Below are positions 24,100-37,640 of a DNA stretch of 64,000 nt, one piece after another (the first letter of the stretch is position 1; each line of letters begins with the position of its first letter). The position numbers were made by a program, and so were the translations under genes. The notes under the pieces are model-generated. The model had not been told where the DNA came from and did no database searches. It worked only from the letters and a program-made list of their open reading frames with translations. The DNA comes from Bugula neritina (taxonomy: Eukaryota > Animalia > Bryozoa): positions 32,540,773 to 32,604,772 of the forward strand of contig OZ037766.1 in assembly GCA_964035545.1 (NCBI GenBank), given 5' to 3'.

Positions 24100-27000
24100 A
24101 TGGGACTAGATACTATCACAGTACCAGTATCTCAAACCTTTTGGGACTCGTTTGTCGGTGTAAGTAGACCTTAGTAAGTGTAAGTACACCTACAAAGGTG
24201 TACTTACACCTTTGTAGGTGTAAGTACACCTTTGTAGGTCCAATGTTTGCATTGCAGTCAGTTTTTCTTTTCAGTGCAAGTTTGATGACAAATTAAACTG
24301 TGATTTTTTAGTAACTGCCTTTTTTATTCAAACAATGCTGCCACATCTTGGTTTCATATTTTCTTCAACTGAGTTATTACTGTTACCTTGCCAAGTTACT
24401 CAACTAGTACTCTGTATACTGACTATACTGTTAGTAGAGTTACTCAACTAGTACCCAGTATACTGACTATACTGTTGGTAGAGTTACTCAACTAGTACCC
24501 AGTATACTGACTATACTGTTAGTAGAGTTACTCAACTAGTACCCAGTATACTGACTATACTGTTAGTCAAGACTGAAAGTATTGACTTGTAGCTGAAGGA
24601 TTTCCCTAGCAGCTGCTGTAAACAAGAGTGTTTTATTGACACAGTAATTGTGATGACCCGACAGCTGCTGTTTGCTGTTGTTTGCTGTGTGGCATGTCAC
24701 AGAGGGTTATTATCACTGAGTCTATTGACTTTTGTACATTGGATTGACACCCTCACCCCAAGTCATCTCCAACAGCTGTCATCATAACACTACTTTCTCG
24801 TCTCACTTCCTGCAGACTAACAGCAGCTCCACTACCAGCTCTGCATGCACCTGAGGGCTTAGTACACCCGAGGGCTTAGTACACCTGAGGCTTAGTACAC
24901 CTGAGGCTTAGTACACCTGAGGGCTTAGTACACCTGAGGGCTTAGTACACCTGAGGGCTTAGTGATGACTGGTCACTTATGTAACACCAACATTATATTC
25001 ATCTGCTGCCTATATCTAATAACAAACTCAAGCCTCACAAAAGAAAACCTTGAAGGAAACCCAAAAGTTGTTTAATTTTGCACTTAATAGGTTTTTCCTG
25101 TAGAAGAAATGAAGTGCTGTAGTTGGAGTGGATTTTGTTTATGCTCCATCAATATCAGCTGATTCTAGTCACCTGCTGTCCCCAGTGCCAAATCCCCAGT
25201 GCAGCTGTGCTGTACATGTGTCAGCTACATGATCCTGGACAGCCTTTAAATGGCTGCAATTTGTCACTCAACTCTATTCTATTAGTATTAGTAGAGTTGT
25301 CAACACTGTATAACTTTTAGCTACATGTAGTCTGTGCATAGTTAACTAGCTGACAGTAGCAGACTGGCAATTCTTCTAAAAACTGGCATTTTTACTAACA
25401 ACTGGCAATTCTACTGACAACTGGCAATTCTACTGACAACTGGCAATTCTACTGACAAATGGCAATTCTAAAAGCTCTATCTCTACTGAACAGGGTGTCA
25501 ACTTCTCCATTGCTGGTACCGGAGGCCCTGAATGTGTAGCCTTCATTCCTTATTGGCAGAAGGTATGGGAGACGCTACTGGCTTTAGTCATCAGTTTCTC
25601 ATTCACTTATGGTGGTTGGAGCCAAATCAGCAAGGGGCCTGAGGCTAAGCTAATCGGTGGTTAGTTTGCTTAAACTACTAGAAAGTCAAGGTCACTTCTG
25701 CTTTGATCTTTTCTTTCGGGTAGTATTTTTATTTCAAGTGAAAATCAAACAAAACAAACTGTGTTTGGAATAGTCTAGTATTTTAACAAGTATTCTTATC
25801 TTTATTATTTCACTATATTAGTTGGGCTAATTTAGTTAAAAATGGTTTCAATCAACATTTTGAAGTTTGAGTTGCTAATTTAAAGTTTAAATTGATTCAA
25901 GTGTGTCATGGCTCCACAACAAATAGACAAGATTATTTTCAAGGAATATCACTGTGTTGTTGATAGTAAGGATTAGAAGAGTACAAACTTGAACTGATAT
26001 CTGCATACTTGAGTAATAACATGTATACGTAATAAGTTAGTTGCTACTAGCTTCTAGTGACAGCATATCCTGCTAGCTTTATTAAGGAAGTAAATGTGTT
26101 GTAAGTTTAAGTTAAGTGGTTTCCTCCCAATGCAAATCACAATACGTATTGAAGAGTAAGTGCTGACATTATACCCCTCTGCTGGATGCAGTACCCCACC
26201 AGTGTGTAGAATACTTTAAACTAGCTCTGTAATGTAGGTGTTATGTACTTATAGATGCTATATAGATGGGGCTGTGTGTGGTATACATTAGTTTAAAGCC
26301 TGCAGCTCTGTTAATTATTAGAATGTTATTCATTATTGCTTTGGCTGCTAGCTTTATGGAGAAAGTAAATTAACTTTTAATGCATCAACTGCATTCAACA
26401 ACAGGATATTTATTGTTTTCTCCACATAACACTTCAGTTGAGGGAAGGTTTACAGCTTCTAGTTCAACTTCTCTTTATGGCTGCTTTTAGACTATGCTGC
26501 AGTGTCCACAATAACTGTCAATTTCTCCCAACTACTTAAAACTTGAAAAAGTTTAATTTTAGTATTTTTCCTTTCCATTTGTGAAAGACATAACTTCTAT
26601 ACAATCACAACAGATTGCTCAGCGGTTTCTTTGGCATATAATCTATAAAACTGTCTACATAATCTATAAAACAAGCTACATAATCTATAAAACAAGGTCC
26701 TCTCTGCTTCTGATTGATAAATAAATGCTTGTGTCTCAAAGTCACTTATGAATAATTAATGATCTGTGTAAAGGTCAATAGCAAAACAATAGCAAATAGT
26801 TTGTCCATTCTGTTTACTTGTAGCTCAGTTTTGGAATCTTTTCAAATAGTAGAATTTTGCCAGCCATTTCACCATTATCATAAACTTACAAATGTCATAA
26901 AATTATCGTTGTGCTATGTTGTAGATTGTACTAATAAAAAGCTGTTCTGTGAGTTTCATTTACTACTACAATGAATCGGCCATATTTAGGCCTTCTTGCT

Positions 27001-29351
27001 AACAAACATTGCGGCAGTCTCAAATTTATTTAGTCAATCAGATTTTATATTTAGAAATTAGTTGATTTGTAATGCAATTGTTTTTATTGAAAGTTCAGTC
27101 AATTCCATGTGTCACATTGTCATGTTTTGTATCTATTGTCATGTTTTGTGTCTATTGGTTGGTTTTATAGAGGACAGAGGTGTGTCTGCGGGCAGGCAAC
27201 TCCTACTGGTTGTACTTTGCCTCACATTCGGTATAGAAGTTGGGTACAAGCTGTCGACTAGTACCGTCATATGGCTGTCTAACCCCTGCCACCTGCTAAC
27301 CATCTGTCAAGTGAGTCATATTATACTGAAGTTAGCAATCCCCTGTGGTGTAAAGGAGTTGTGTGCTCTTGTTTTTTCTGTATTGCATATTATATATTAC
27401 TGTAAACTCTAGAACTCAATGTGGTGTTGTAACTGTAGTTAGCAACAGATTAGGTTGGTTAGAGTTACCAAAGTAGTCAAGACCAAACAGAGAACAGCTA
27501 GGTTACTGTTTAGGACTTGCAAATAATTATGTCATAGTTTCAAGTCAAAATCTTATTATTGTAATATATTACATTAGCATAATCTCCTTAGTTATTGCTG
27601 ATGTTGAATTGGGGAAATGTTTAGTCTCTACTCTCTCGTTTATGTAACATTCTTCTCTTACCTTGGTGTTACCTGGATGTTACCTCAGCAGTGTGGAGTT
27701 GTCCACTAAACTACTAGACTAAGGGAATACTGCTAAGAGAGTATGAGTAATGTAAAAGTTCAACTTCTATTGGAGTTGTTTTCTTCTAATGTTTAACTGT
27801 AACCGTATCGCTACTGTTGGTTTGTGTTTTCAGAATAAGCTGCAGGTTACACTTTATCTCACTTTGTTTCAGATCATCCTTCTAGCTGCCCCGCCCAGGA
27901 AGTGGGTGACTGTGTTGTTCCGTATTGTGATGCATTCTTTACACGGCGCCATGGTGGCCCTTCTGCTTCCTGTTACTAACACTAGAATGGTACGTACACT
28001 AGTTAGCCCTAGTTCTATACACTAGAATGGTACGTGTGCTAGCTAGCCCTAGTTCTATGCACTAGAATGGTACGTATACTAGCTAGCCCTAGTTCTATGC
28101 ACTAGAATGGTACGTATACTAGCTAGCCCTAGTTCTATACACTAGAATGGTACGTACACTAGCTAGCCCTAGTTCTACACACTAGAATGGTACGTACACT
28201 AGCTAGCCCTAGTTCTACACACTAGAATGGTACGTACACTAGCTAGCCCTAGTTCTACACACTAGAATGGTACGTATGCTAGCAGACCCTCTTGTCTAAT
28301 GCTGATGCTGTTTGTGTTTCAGTTGTCATTCGAGATTGGCGTGTACTGGATTCAGCACATACTCATTATAGCTATTCCATTTTTCCTTCTCTACCAAGGA
28401 GGTGAGTGGCTTCCCTTCAGTGTTTTTATTGTATAGTCAGCATAAAGCTCTGTCAGCCTAAGTGCCTGCTTCTAGATGTGCCAGACCCGGTGATGGTGAT
28501 GGAATTGTTAAAGATCTCAAGCTAAAACTGAAGACATCATTTGCAATGATCTCTCTGCCCGCATGTTTGACCCTGTAGCATACTGTTGGAGTCGGTGTGA
28601 CATAATAGAATATGTGAAATGTATTTCAACATTGAGGTGTCTGGAATAAAACTGTTGGGTTTAGAGATTGTTATGATTCTAATTGGTAGTAAGTTGGGAA
28701 TTCTGCTGTCTTCACCTTTCACTGTGTTCACTCTGATAGAATGTGATCTAGCATTGTACTATATAAACTGTGTTTTATAGGGCCGTATGTGGCTGAGCCC
28801 CTCAAAGATATGATGTGGCCAGTTATGTCCCTTGGCATTCTCTACTTTATATACTGGATCCCTGTGCAGTTACTGTGTATTGTAAGTATTGTACAGTTAC
28901 TGTGTATTGTAAGTATTGTACAGTTACTGTGTATTGTAAGTATTGTGTACCTGTACAGTTACTGTGTATAGTAAGTACTGTACAGTTACTGTGTATTGTA
29001 AGTATTGTACAGTTCTGTGTATTGTAAGTATTATACAGTTCTGTGTATTGTAAGTATTGTACAGTTACTGTGTACTGTAAGTACTGAATATTTCCTTTCT
29101 ACTTACAGCTGACGGAAGTGAACCTGAATAACATGGTATGCCCAGCCATATCTGACCCTTTCTACGGCAGAGGTTATCGTCTCTGGGCAATGGGGCATTG
29201 TGGGATATGCATACTCGGCTTTGGCAAACTCTACACCTGCATTTCTCTGCAGGTCATTCAGAGGTTGAAGCGTGGGGGAGCTTCAAGTATGGGAAATGGT
29301 GTCAGTCACGGAGGCTCCTTGCAGAATGGAGTCGATCAAAAATCTCAATAG
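24100..29351 (+). CDS. TMEM164: Transmembrane protein 164, about 301 aa, 7 coding exons
   Basis: Exons 24100-24159, 25494-25659, 27171-27310, 27873-27989, 28323-28401, 28781-28881 and 29109-29351 splice in frame. Motifs [43 protein letters not shown] and [19 protein letters not shown] match TMEM164. Confidence 0.95.
24393..24567. repeat. 44-bp minisatellite, 4 copies
   Basis: Unit AGAGTTACTCAACTAGTACCCAGTATACTGACTATACTGTTAGT. Confidence 0.9.
24848..24963. repeat. 16-17-bp minisatellite, about 7 copies
   Basis: Unit CACCTGAG(G)GCTTAGTA. Confidence 0.9.
27981..28282. repeat. 40-bp minisatellite, about 7.5 copies, containing the TMEM164 exon-4 donor
   Basis: Units start at 27981, 28021 ... 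28261: ACTAGAATG|GTACGTACACTAGCTAGCCCTAGTTCTACAC. Confidence 0.95.
28867..29086. repeat. About 27-bp minisatellite, about 8 copies, containing the TMEM164 exon-6 donor
   Basis: Unit CAGTTACTGTGTATT|GTAAGTATTGTA. Confidence 0.95.
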
Positions 29352-30366
29352 AGTGTTTAATTACTAAGTCATAACATCTAGGTCATTGTAACTAGGTTAT
29401 TGTAACTAGGTCATAACATCTAGGTCAGTACATCTAGGTCATTGTAACTAGGTCATAACATCTAGGTCATTGTAACTAGGTCACAACATCTAAGTCTGTC
29501 GAAACTCTACAATCGGATGCAACTTCAACGAAAATTGTAATACGATATTTAATGCAACCACTTCTAGAGAATACTTTTCACTTTTGTAGTTTTGTTTCAT
29601 CATCATTGTGCAATATAATTTTATTTATTTAATCTATCCAAGGGAACTAAATGCAACTTTCCTCTGGCACAATTTATAAATCCTACTGAGTTAATTTATT
29701 GTCTTATTTTTGCTTCGAGACTCATGTGCACTTCTCCAAAGGAGTTATCTCCCCTCCACTAATCTCTACCAGTTCTGCATTCTGTAGGCCGGAAATTATA
29801 TAATTGTAAATTGTCTGTTTATTTATCCTGTAGAATCACTAATATTATGTTTTGGTGCTCACTTTGCTATTTGCAGAACAAATCTGCTTTCTCATTTTAG
29901 TTGCTTACTTACTTGTTTGAAAGCAAGAGAGGATGTATTATTTGGTATATAATTTATCTATGGACAAGCTGTTGCTGGTCCTATTGACTATGTTGGCCAT
30001 AAGTCTATTATTCAGTATTATTTATACAACTTTTGAAAAAAATGCAAAATAATTTAAGAGTTGATGCGCAATATTTTAAATAGTTGAATGTTATTGGCTG
30101 TTTGTCCAACGTGTAAGTTGACCATCCCATTATAGAAATATTATTATTTTTAGATAAATGTTTCCTATTTGTTCCGTCTCATTATTTGCAAAGAAGCAGA
30201 AAATTATTATTTATTAGTCTTAAAGTATATTTTGTTGTTTGACTAATATTTATTTTTCTACTGTACTATTGATTGTAATAGAAAAACATCAGATGTTTGT
30301 TGCAATATTTCTGAGAATAAATTTCATTTTTGCCAAAGTAAGCACGGCTCATGTGAGACTTGTTAA

Positions 30367-33300
30367 CTAGATGAGTATTATCACTATAACCGCTGTCCCT
30401 AGGAAATGGTAGAAGGTGGTGGTAACGCCGACAGCACCGTTATTGCTGCCTTCTTCCTCTTCAAGTATCCCTGTTGTGTTGGCTTCTTTTGTCTGTAACC
30501 AATCCACAAGGGTGTGAACACAATAGATTACACAATGAAACAGAAAGTAGTATATGAAGAAGAGTGGGTAACTCCTACACATTGCATATAGTTCTTAAAT
30601 CCTATCGAAAGACGGTATTAGGAGAAAATATTTGCAAGAAAATGTTGCATATTATACAGGTGTTGACCTTGAACAGTTGACATAACATTAACATCCTCGT
30701 ATTGTGCACTAAATCTGCTGCAGAGTCACTGCCAGGAGAGAGCTTAACTGTATAGTTAGGGAGGGGAACAACCCCCTCCTCTGAACAATATTATAACACA
30801 TCCCCCAGGCTAAGTGTATTTAAAGAAGTTACATCACATTGGCAATAAACTGATATACTATATTAAAGCAATAACTACATGTAATAACTCTATGCACCAT
30901 GCACTCCCTTTACTCCTGTTGCACCCACTTCATAATTACTCACCGTTGTAGTAGAGGTCTGTGTTGTAGAGGTCTGTGTAGTAGAGGTCTGAGAATATGT
31001 GAGACGCGACGTTACTCCATCAGTAATTTGGAGAGTTGTGTTCCCCTCACCTGTATCTGTATGAGTAAATATAATGCTCTTTAGAAATACTAGATTTCAA
31101 TAGCTAAAGGAGAACTGTATACATATGGAACACATGCAAACTAGCTGTGTAACCTGGGTGGTGAGTATTTAGCAATATTGTAGTGTTGGTTGGACTTACT
31201 AGTGACTAGGGCATAAGTAGAATATAAGACTATCTCACTGAAAGCTTAAAAAAGCTTAAACTCTTTTTCTCATTGGTATTTATATACATTTAAAAGGGCA
31301 CCTGAGACACATGTCAACATGCCATCAGCACATGAAAGCAATTTTAATTGCTTCGATCTTTGTCAGTTTTACATTTTACCATTTCAGTAAATTCAGCATA
31401 CTAACTTTCAGTGTTGCATTAAACTATTCTTTCAGCTATACTTGTGTACAACTAGAGTAAAGGTGTGGTAAACATACATTGGTTATATCAAGATTGTTAC
31501 ATAAATCCATATGCACATGGCTTTTATATAAATATCTATTCAGCTACATGTATAACTTGATTGCTATAATATACAGTATTTTGTATTAGATGCATGGTAA
31601 AAATATTCCACTTTTATGCAAAAAAGTTCCTACAAATCTGAACTTTTCTCACCTGGCTGGATATTTACACGAGACTTAGTTTGACGGGATATGCTGAAAT
31701 AGCCACAGTTTACGGACAACTTTAGCATAACAGTTCTAAAGACGTCCAAGAACTCGGATTGGCAGGAGAGATTACTTGATTTAGAGTTCAAGCATTGCTA
31801 AAAGTTTAAAGTAAAGCAACGAGTTTAACGGAGTCAAATTAGATATTGTAGACTAGACTGGAGGCATTAAACCAGGCTCTTAATTGTTGTGAGGTTATGT
31901 TGGAGAATGGTTTTAACTTAAGTAACAACAGAGAAGTATGTTATTTAAACAAACACAAAGGAAACACCGAATAAGTGCACGTTTTCATCAACATGAATTC
32001 AAATTGTATAAGGACAAGAAAAAAAATTATAATATCAAAAATTATTATAAATATGAAAAAAAAATAAAAAATTCAACAACAGGCTTACAAAGGTCAAAGT
32101 GAGATTGTTGCACAGAGAAGCAGTTTTATCAGGTAGGAGGTGCAGGTAGGGCCCTCCTCTACTTAGCCTATCTAAACCTGTATCTCCTAAGGCTAACATG
32201 ACATTGTAGAAATACTCCATACACTCATCAACTAACTGTTCCATTCTAGTCTGAAAAGAGAACCTGCAGACATGTACTAAACAGAGTTTATATGAAATGG
32301 CAACCTGCAAGCATGTGCTGACCCAATATAATATAATTATAATATAATATAATATGCAGTCCTGTATTACACAGATTAATTGATCAACTTTAAATAAAAA
32401 TATAAAAAATAATTCGGCAAAATACTTTTTGTAAACCAGTTCACAGGAAATATTGCTCAGCACTTACAATTTGCGAACTCAAACTACACGAATCCCTCAT
32501 TTTTCTGCACAAGTTGGAAAGTCCAGAGACACTCCCAACGTGGTGCTGGATTGATGTTCGCATCTTATCAGCAAAAGCTGCAAACGCTTCTCTCCGTTTG
32601 GTTACACAGTCACGTGTCTTTCTCTTTATGCAGGTTCTAAGCTGTGGAGGAAAATGAAAAATATGTCTATACTCTTTAATACATTCCATATGCTTTATAT
32701 TCTACTATTATGTTTTTGTAATTTTAAATGCAAGTACTGTTACTGTAGTATACATAAATGTTCAATTAACATTTGAATGTTCAACATTTAAATTGTTAAT
32801 TTACAAAAAATGCTATAGGTTAAACAGAGCATAATCATTAAATGATGGAAACTGTATAATATAGATATAATATATATAATATAAATATAATATATATAAT
32901 ATAGGGATAATATAATATAATATAAATATAATATATAATATAATATATAATATAGATATAATATATATAGTATATAATATAGATATAATATATATAATAT
33001 AGATATAATATATATAATATAGATATAATATATATAATATAGATATAATATATATAATATATAGAGATAATATATATAATATATAGAGATAATATATAAT
33101 ATAAATATAATATATATAATATAAATGTAATGCTGTATATGCATGCTTACAGCATCTATGTTGGCAATCAAGTTACAAACAGACTCTAGAGGGGAAACTG
33201 ACTGGGGTGATGTAACTCCTATTTCAGTGAGACATTCCTTCACTGGTTCTTTAGAGCAATGGAACACCTGCAAACAGTGAACTCAGTCTAATATATTGTA

Positions 33301-35917
33301 TAGCATTATAGTACACATGTTGTATTATATTACATATCTTATAAAATATATTTCAATATTGTAATGCACATTATATTACTTATTACACACTCAATATTGT
33401 AATTTTTAATACATGTTATAATGCATAGTATACTACCTATAAATACTTTATCCTATAGATTGTATTAAGCCAATATAATTATGTTAGAATGTAGGAAGTA
33501 TAATTATAGTTTATAACTAAAATAAAGTGAATAAAATTAGAATTATTATAGTGAATTAGTTAATAAACTAAGAGCAACATTACAAGAAAGTGTCAAGTAC
33601 AGTCTCAATATCTTGAATTAACTCAAACAAAACTTAAGGAAATGTTTCACGCTGTAACTTTTATACAATTTGTTTAAACAACTAATATGTACAAGCAGCT
33701 TGAGGTGTTGTGTTCATACAGATATCCTTTCTTGTCTTCACTTTATTTAAAATAAAAAGATATTTTTTAAGATTGAATTTATTAATTCTGCACATTATTC
33801 ACAGATGGCATAACTCCAATCAAGCAGTAGGTAGCTAATATGTCTAGTTAAGAAGATATGGCAACTAAAAATATGAAGAGCAGCAATGAGTGTAGCTTAT
33901 ATAATAATTGTAAAGAAACTATAATAGTCTAAAGCCTTAGATACAAAACACAGGGACTGTTACCTTGTATCCGAATTGATTGATTTCCTGTTATATTATA
34001 CCTTAATTTTACAATTGCAGGCTACAGATATTATAAATAAGTTAATTCTTTATGTACCTGTTGACAAAACTGTCCATACGTGTCCCATTCCACCTTTGAT
34101 GACATAAAACCGTCAACAATGTCGTCTAAGTTTTCTCGTTTGCATTCCATAGATGATTGATTCTAGAAAACACAACTCACAATAATCAGATGTTTTTAAA
34201 AAGTGTCTTCAAACAATTTCGCGACTGTTTTCCCAAATGAATAAATAGCTTGCGCAGTAAAACACTTGCTAATTTTATTTATGGAATGGCATTTGTTCTA
34301 CATATCAAAATAATTATAATATGTGAATTGATATAATATGTTAGATGTTTCATTATAATTTGTTTATACAATTACTGCTTATAATGTTAATTTTTGCTGC
34401 ATGCAGAGTAAGTTCATATCTGTCAATACTTTGCATTGCTTAATATTGCAGTTATATTGCATGTATTGTTATTATAATAAGAAATTGAAATGCTATTTTG
34501 CCACATGTCTAAAGATGTGCTAATGTATTTATAAATATGCTATCATAATGAGCTACTGACTGGTGTTATTAATAGCATCTCTCTGTGCAGACACTCTAGG
34601 ACAGGTGTCAGGTAAAGCCTGGTACCACAGAACACATAGTACATGTATTTTACAGCATCATCACCTCCTCGCAGCACTTCCTCAGCATAAGATATGTCTA
34701 CAGTGATATACTTAAGTAAATATAGCTACTACACTTTCCGATATACAAATTGATCATTTTTGATCATTGTATGTTTAAAAGTGATACTATAATACCATGC
34801 AGCTACAAAATAGATAAAACAGGTTTAACCTAACTAAAGCTTTCTACTTATAAAATAAATCATTTATATATACAATAATTTATTATTATTGATTATTAGG
34901 TTTATATATGAAGCTGAATTAAAATACTACTCAAGTTAAATACAATTTATAAACATAAACAACGAGATATATATATTAAAATTTGCTGTTCAAGGTTTAG
35001 TAAAATAATAGCAACTGTTGAGTGTCAACCAAACTTCTATATTATATATCTAAAAGGGCAGATTTTCAACTTGTGCTTATGCAGCATAAATTGTACATGT
35101 ACAAGTGTAAAAATATGATTTGCATGTATATCTGGGATCATTACAGATTTACAACTTTCAACACACCTGCTGCAGTTAGAGAATCTACATACTATATGAG
35201 AGTAAAACAGCAGGTAACAATGACACCCACAATCACTACAGTCTATAGCTACTCACTCGCGGCTCTATCTAGTATCTACTCACTCAGACTATATCAACTC
35301 ACTCAGACTATATCTACTCACTCAGACTATAACTACTCACTCAGACTATATCTACTCACTCAGACTATATCAACTCACTCAGACTATAACGCTCACTCCC
35401 TCCAACACTGCGGGTGACATAACGCTCTCTCTCCACGAGTCCCAAGTGTCTGGCATACTCTACTGGATCAAACAAAACATCTGGCCGCTTGTTTCTTTTA
35501 TCTAAAAACAGCATCTCGGCTAAGTTGTCTTCAAGTGAATACTTCTCGGGATAGAAACAGTCTCGCAGTGGAGTTGTTGCACCTTGTATGCTGGATATCA
35601 GCTCCTTCCAGCAACCTGCAGTAATACCTTTGTGATGAACATCAGCAGAAAACTCCCAGATAATATAAAATGATAATACCAATATAATACAACATAATGC
35701 TAATGATTATAACAATAAAATGGTATTATATTACATAATTATAACTAGCATTGCATTACATAATATAATATTATGATATTAACTAACCATGAGATAAGAA
35801 AGTGCTGTATCTAACATACTCCCAACTTGTTGCAGATGTTTCAGTGAAGAAGCAAGCAAATAAAAGTGCTGTATAAATCCATGTGAGAGGAAACAAGCTT
35901 TTAGTAGTATAATGCAT
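30367..35917 (-). CDS. Uncharacterised Cys-rich secreted protein with Ser/Thr stalk and predicted GPI-anchor signal, about 475 aa, 10 exons
   Basis: Exons 35917-35788, 35615-35397, 34697-34561, 34162-34058, 33267-33151, 32641-32468, 32250-32089, 31797-31653, 31056-30944 and 30492-30367 splice in frame (1428 nt). N-terminal signal-like LFPLTWIYTALLFACFFTETSA, spaced Cys, QTSTT x3, and C-terminal GSNNGA...FLGTAVIVIILI*. Confidence 0.75.
32855..33128. repeat. AT-rich about 20-bp degenerate tandem repeat
   Basis: ATAGATATAATATATATAAT units; accounts for the Y/I-rich tail of ORF 32788-33273. Confidence 0.9.
35265..35398. repeat. About 20-bp minisatellite starting at a minus-strand splice donor
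   Basis: Minus strand reads GA|GTGAGCGTTATAGTCTGAGTGAGTTGATATAGTCTGAGTGAGTAG... Confidence 0.85.
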
Positions 35918-36539
35918 TTTCAACTGACATTGAGTTCTTCAGCCTGCAGGAAATAAACAAACCAAATGTCTATATTTATTATTTAATTAGGTGTATAGTT
36001 TTAAGACATCATCTATTGGGTGTTTCAATATTCAATAGAACTTAAAAATTAATATCTTATTTTATTACTTTAATAATACTGTAAATAATAATAATGTTGA
36101 GAGCACAAGTTGAACTATCAACGATTAGCTGATTAAATGATAACTCATTTCCACAACCGAAAAAGTTATTTAGGTTCCACTAAGTATGCGCCAATAACTA
36201 CTGGCATTGAATTAATCGAGTGTTAATGAAATTAAAGTTGAGATATGTGTTTTGATACCATACCTTTTTTAAAAATACCAACCTGATATTGATACATATC
36301 ACTGCTTTATATTTCATATAACTTTTATTGTTTCCATATTTCTCACAAGCATTAAAAACACGTCAATAATTTGATTTAAAATAAACGGTTTTCACATACA
36401 ATTTCAAAGTATTTCAAACCATCAGAGAAATTATTGCTCATTGTTGGATTGTTGAAGTTGTTTCAACAATACAATTAATAGAATTTATCAGTCATGTTTG
36501 TGATTAACGCAAATTACATTATGGATGTTACTGTTCATA

Positions 36540-36816
36540 AATAGGCCTACTTTTGTAACGGGCCGCTTTCCCGCCTAAATCGTCACTCTTCCTCGTTATA
36601 TAGGCCTGATTTCTTCAAAAGCTACAACTAGGGTTAAAACCGCTACAGCCCGGCATTAGCACTTTTCCGTGTTGACAATCACGGTATTAGTATTACGATT
36701 AACGATTTCCGCCTTGGAAGTTGATGGTTGATAGAATTATCAATTAGATTTAATAGCCGTCGTTTGAAAATTATACTTATTGAAATTTCAAAAATTTGTG
36801 TTTGTTCAAGGTAAGT
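36540..36816. promoter_or_regulatory. Probable promoter and non-coding first exon of coronin-7, divergent from the GPI-protein gene
   Basis: Locally CpG-richer patch (GGGCCGCTTTCCCGCC) and a consensus donor AAG|GTAAGT at 36811; inference. Confidence 0.45.
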
Positions 36817-37542
36817 CACTGCACCTTCATTGAAATTTGCTTTTAGTACCTGTTACGCATTTTCAACAGTTTAATATCGGTATCTTTGTTAAAAAAGGAA
36901 AACTTGCTCTTACTGTTAACTTTGGTGTTACACTTACTGTTACTGTAACTGTTAGTGTTAGACGTTAGTGTTGGTGACTTACTCTTAGTCGTGACATAGT
37001 GATAGTCATAGTGGGGTAGTACTCATGTCTCATAGTCATACTCATATATTTAGTCACAAGTCATACTGTTGGTGTTACTGTGTACTTATAGTTATACTCA
37101 TAGTCATAGTGACAGTCATGCTGTTAGTAATACTAATACTAATAGTAATAGACATAGTTATAGTAATACTAATAGTTATACTTATACTTATAGTACTACC
37201 CCACTATCAGCAAGTATTACTAAAACTAAAAGTAAATGCAATGTATCACTGTGCCTGTATTACTATTAGTCAAGTATCACTGTATGATACTCACGCTGTT
37301 ACTCATACTGTGACTCAACTCTAGTGTAGGTGTAACTGTAAGACTAAGTATAAAACTAATAGTAATTGTATCAGTATGACTATCACTATGAGTATCAGTA
37401 TCACTATCACTCTATCAGTCTATGGGTATGACTTATAGTTATAGTTATATTGTAGATTTAACCTACTATAGTACTACAAGTGGTACTACTACTGGTCGTA
37501 ACTTAACTTTATGCATAAACTGTGTACTACTGTGACTGTCTA

Positions 37543-37571
37543 CTAGTAGTACTACTACTAGTAGTAGTAGC

Positions 37572-37635
<64 letters not shown>

Positions 37636-37640
37636 CAGTA
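37543..37640. repeat. (TAG)n microsatellite
   Basis: About 25 GTA/TAG triplets; gives the poly-Leu ORF 37466-37753. Confidence 0.95.
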
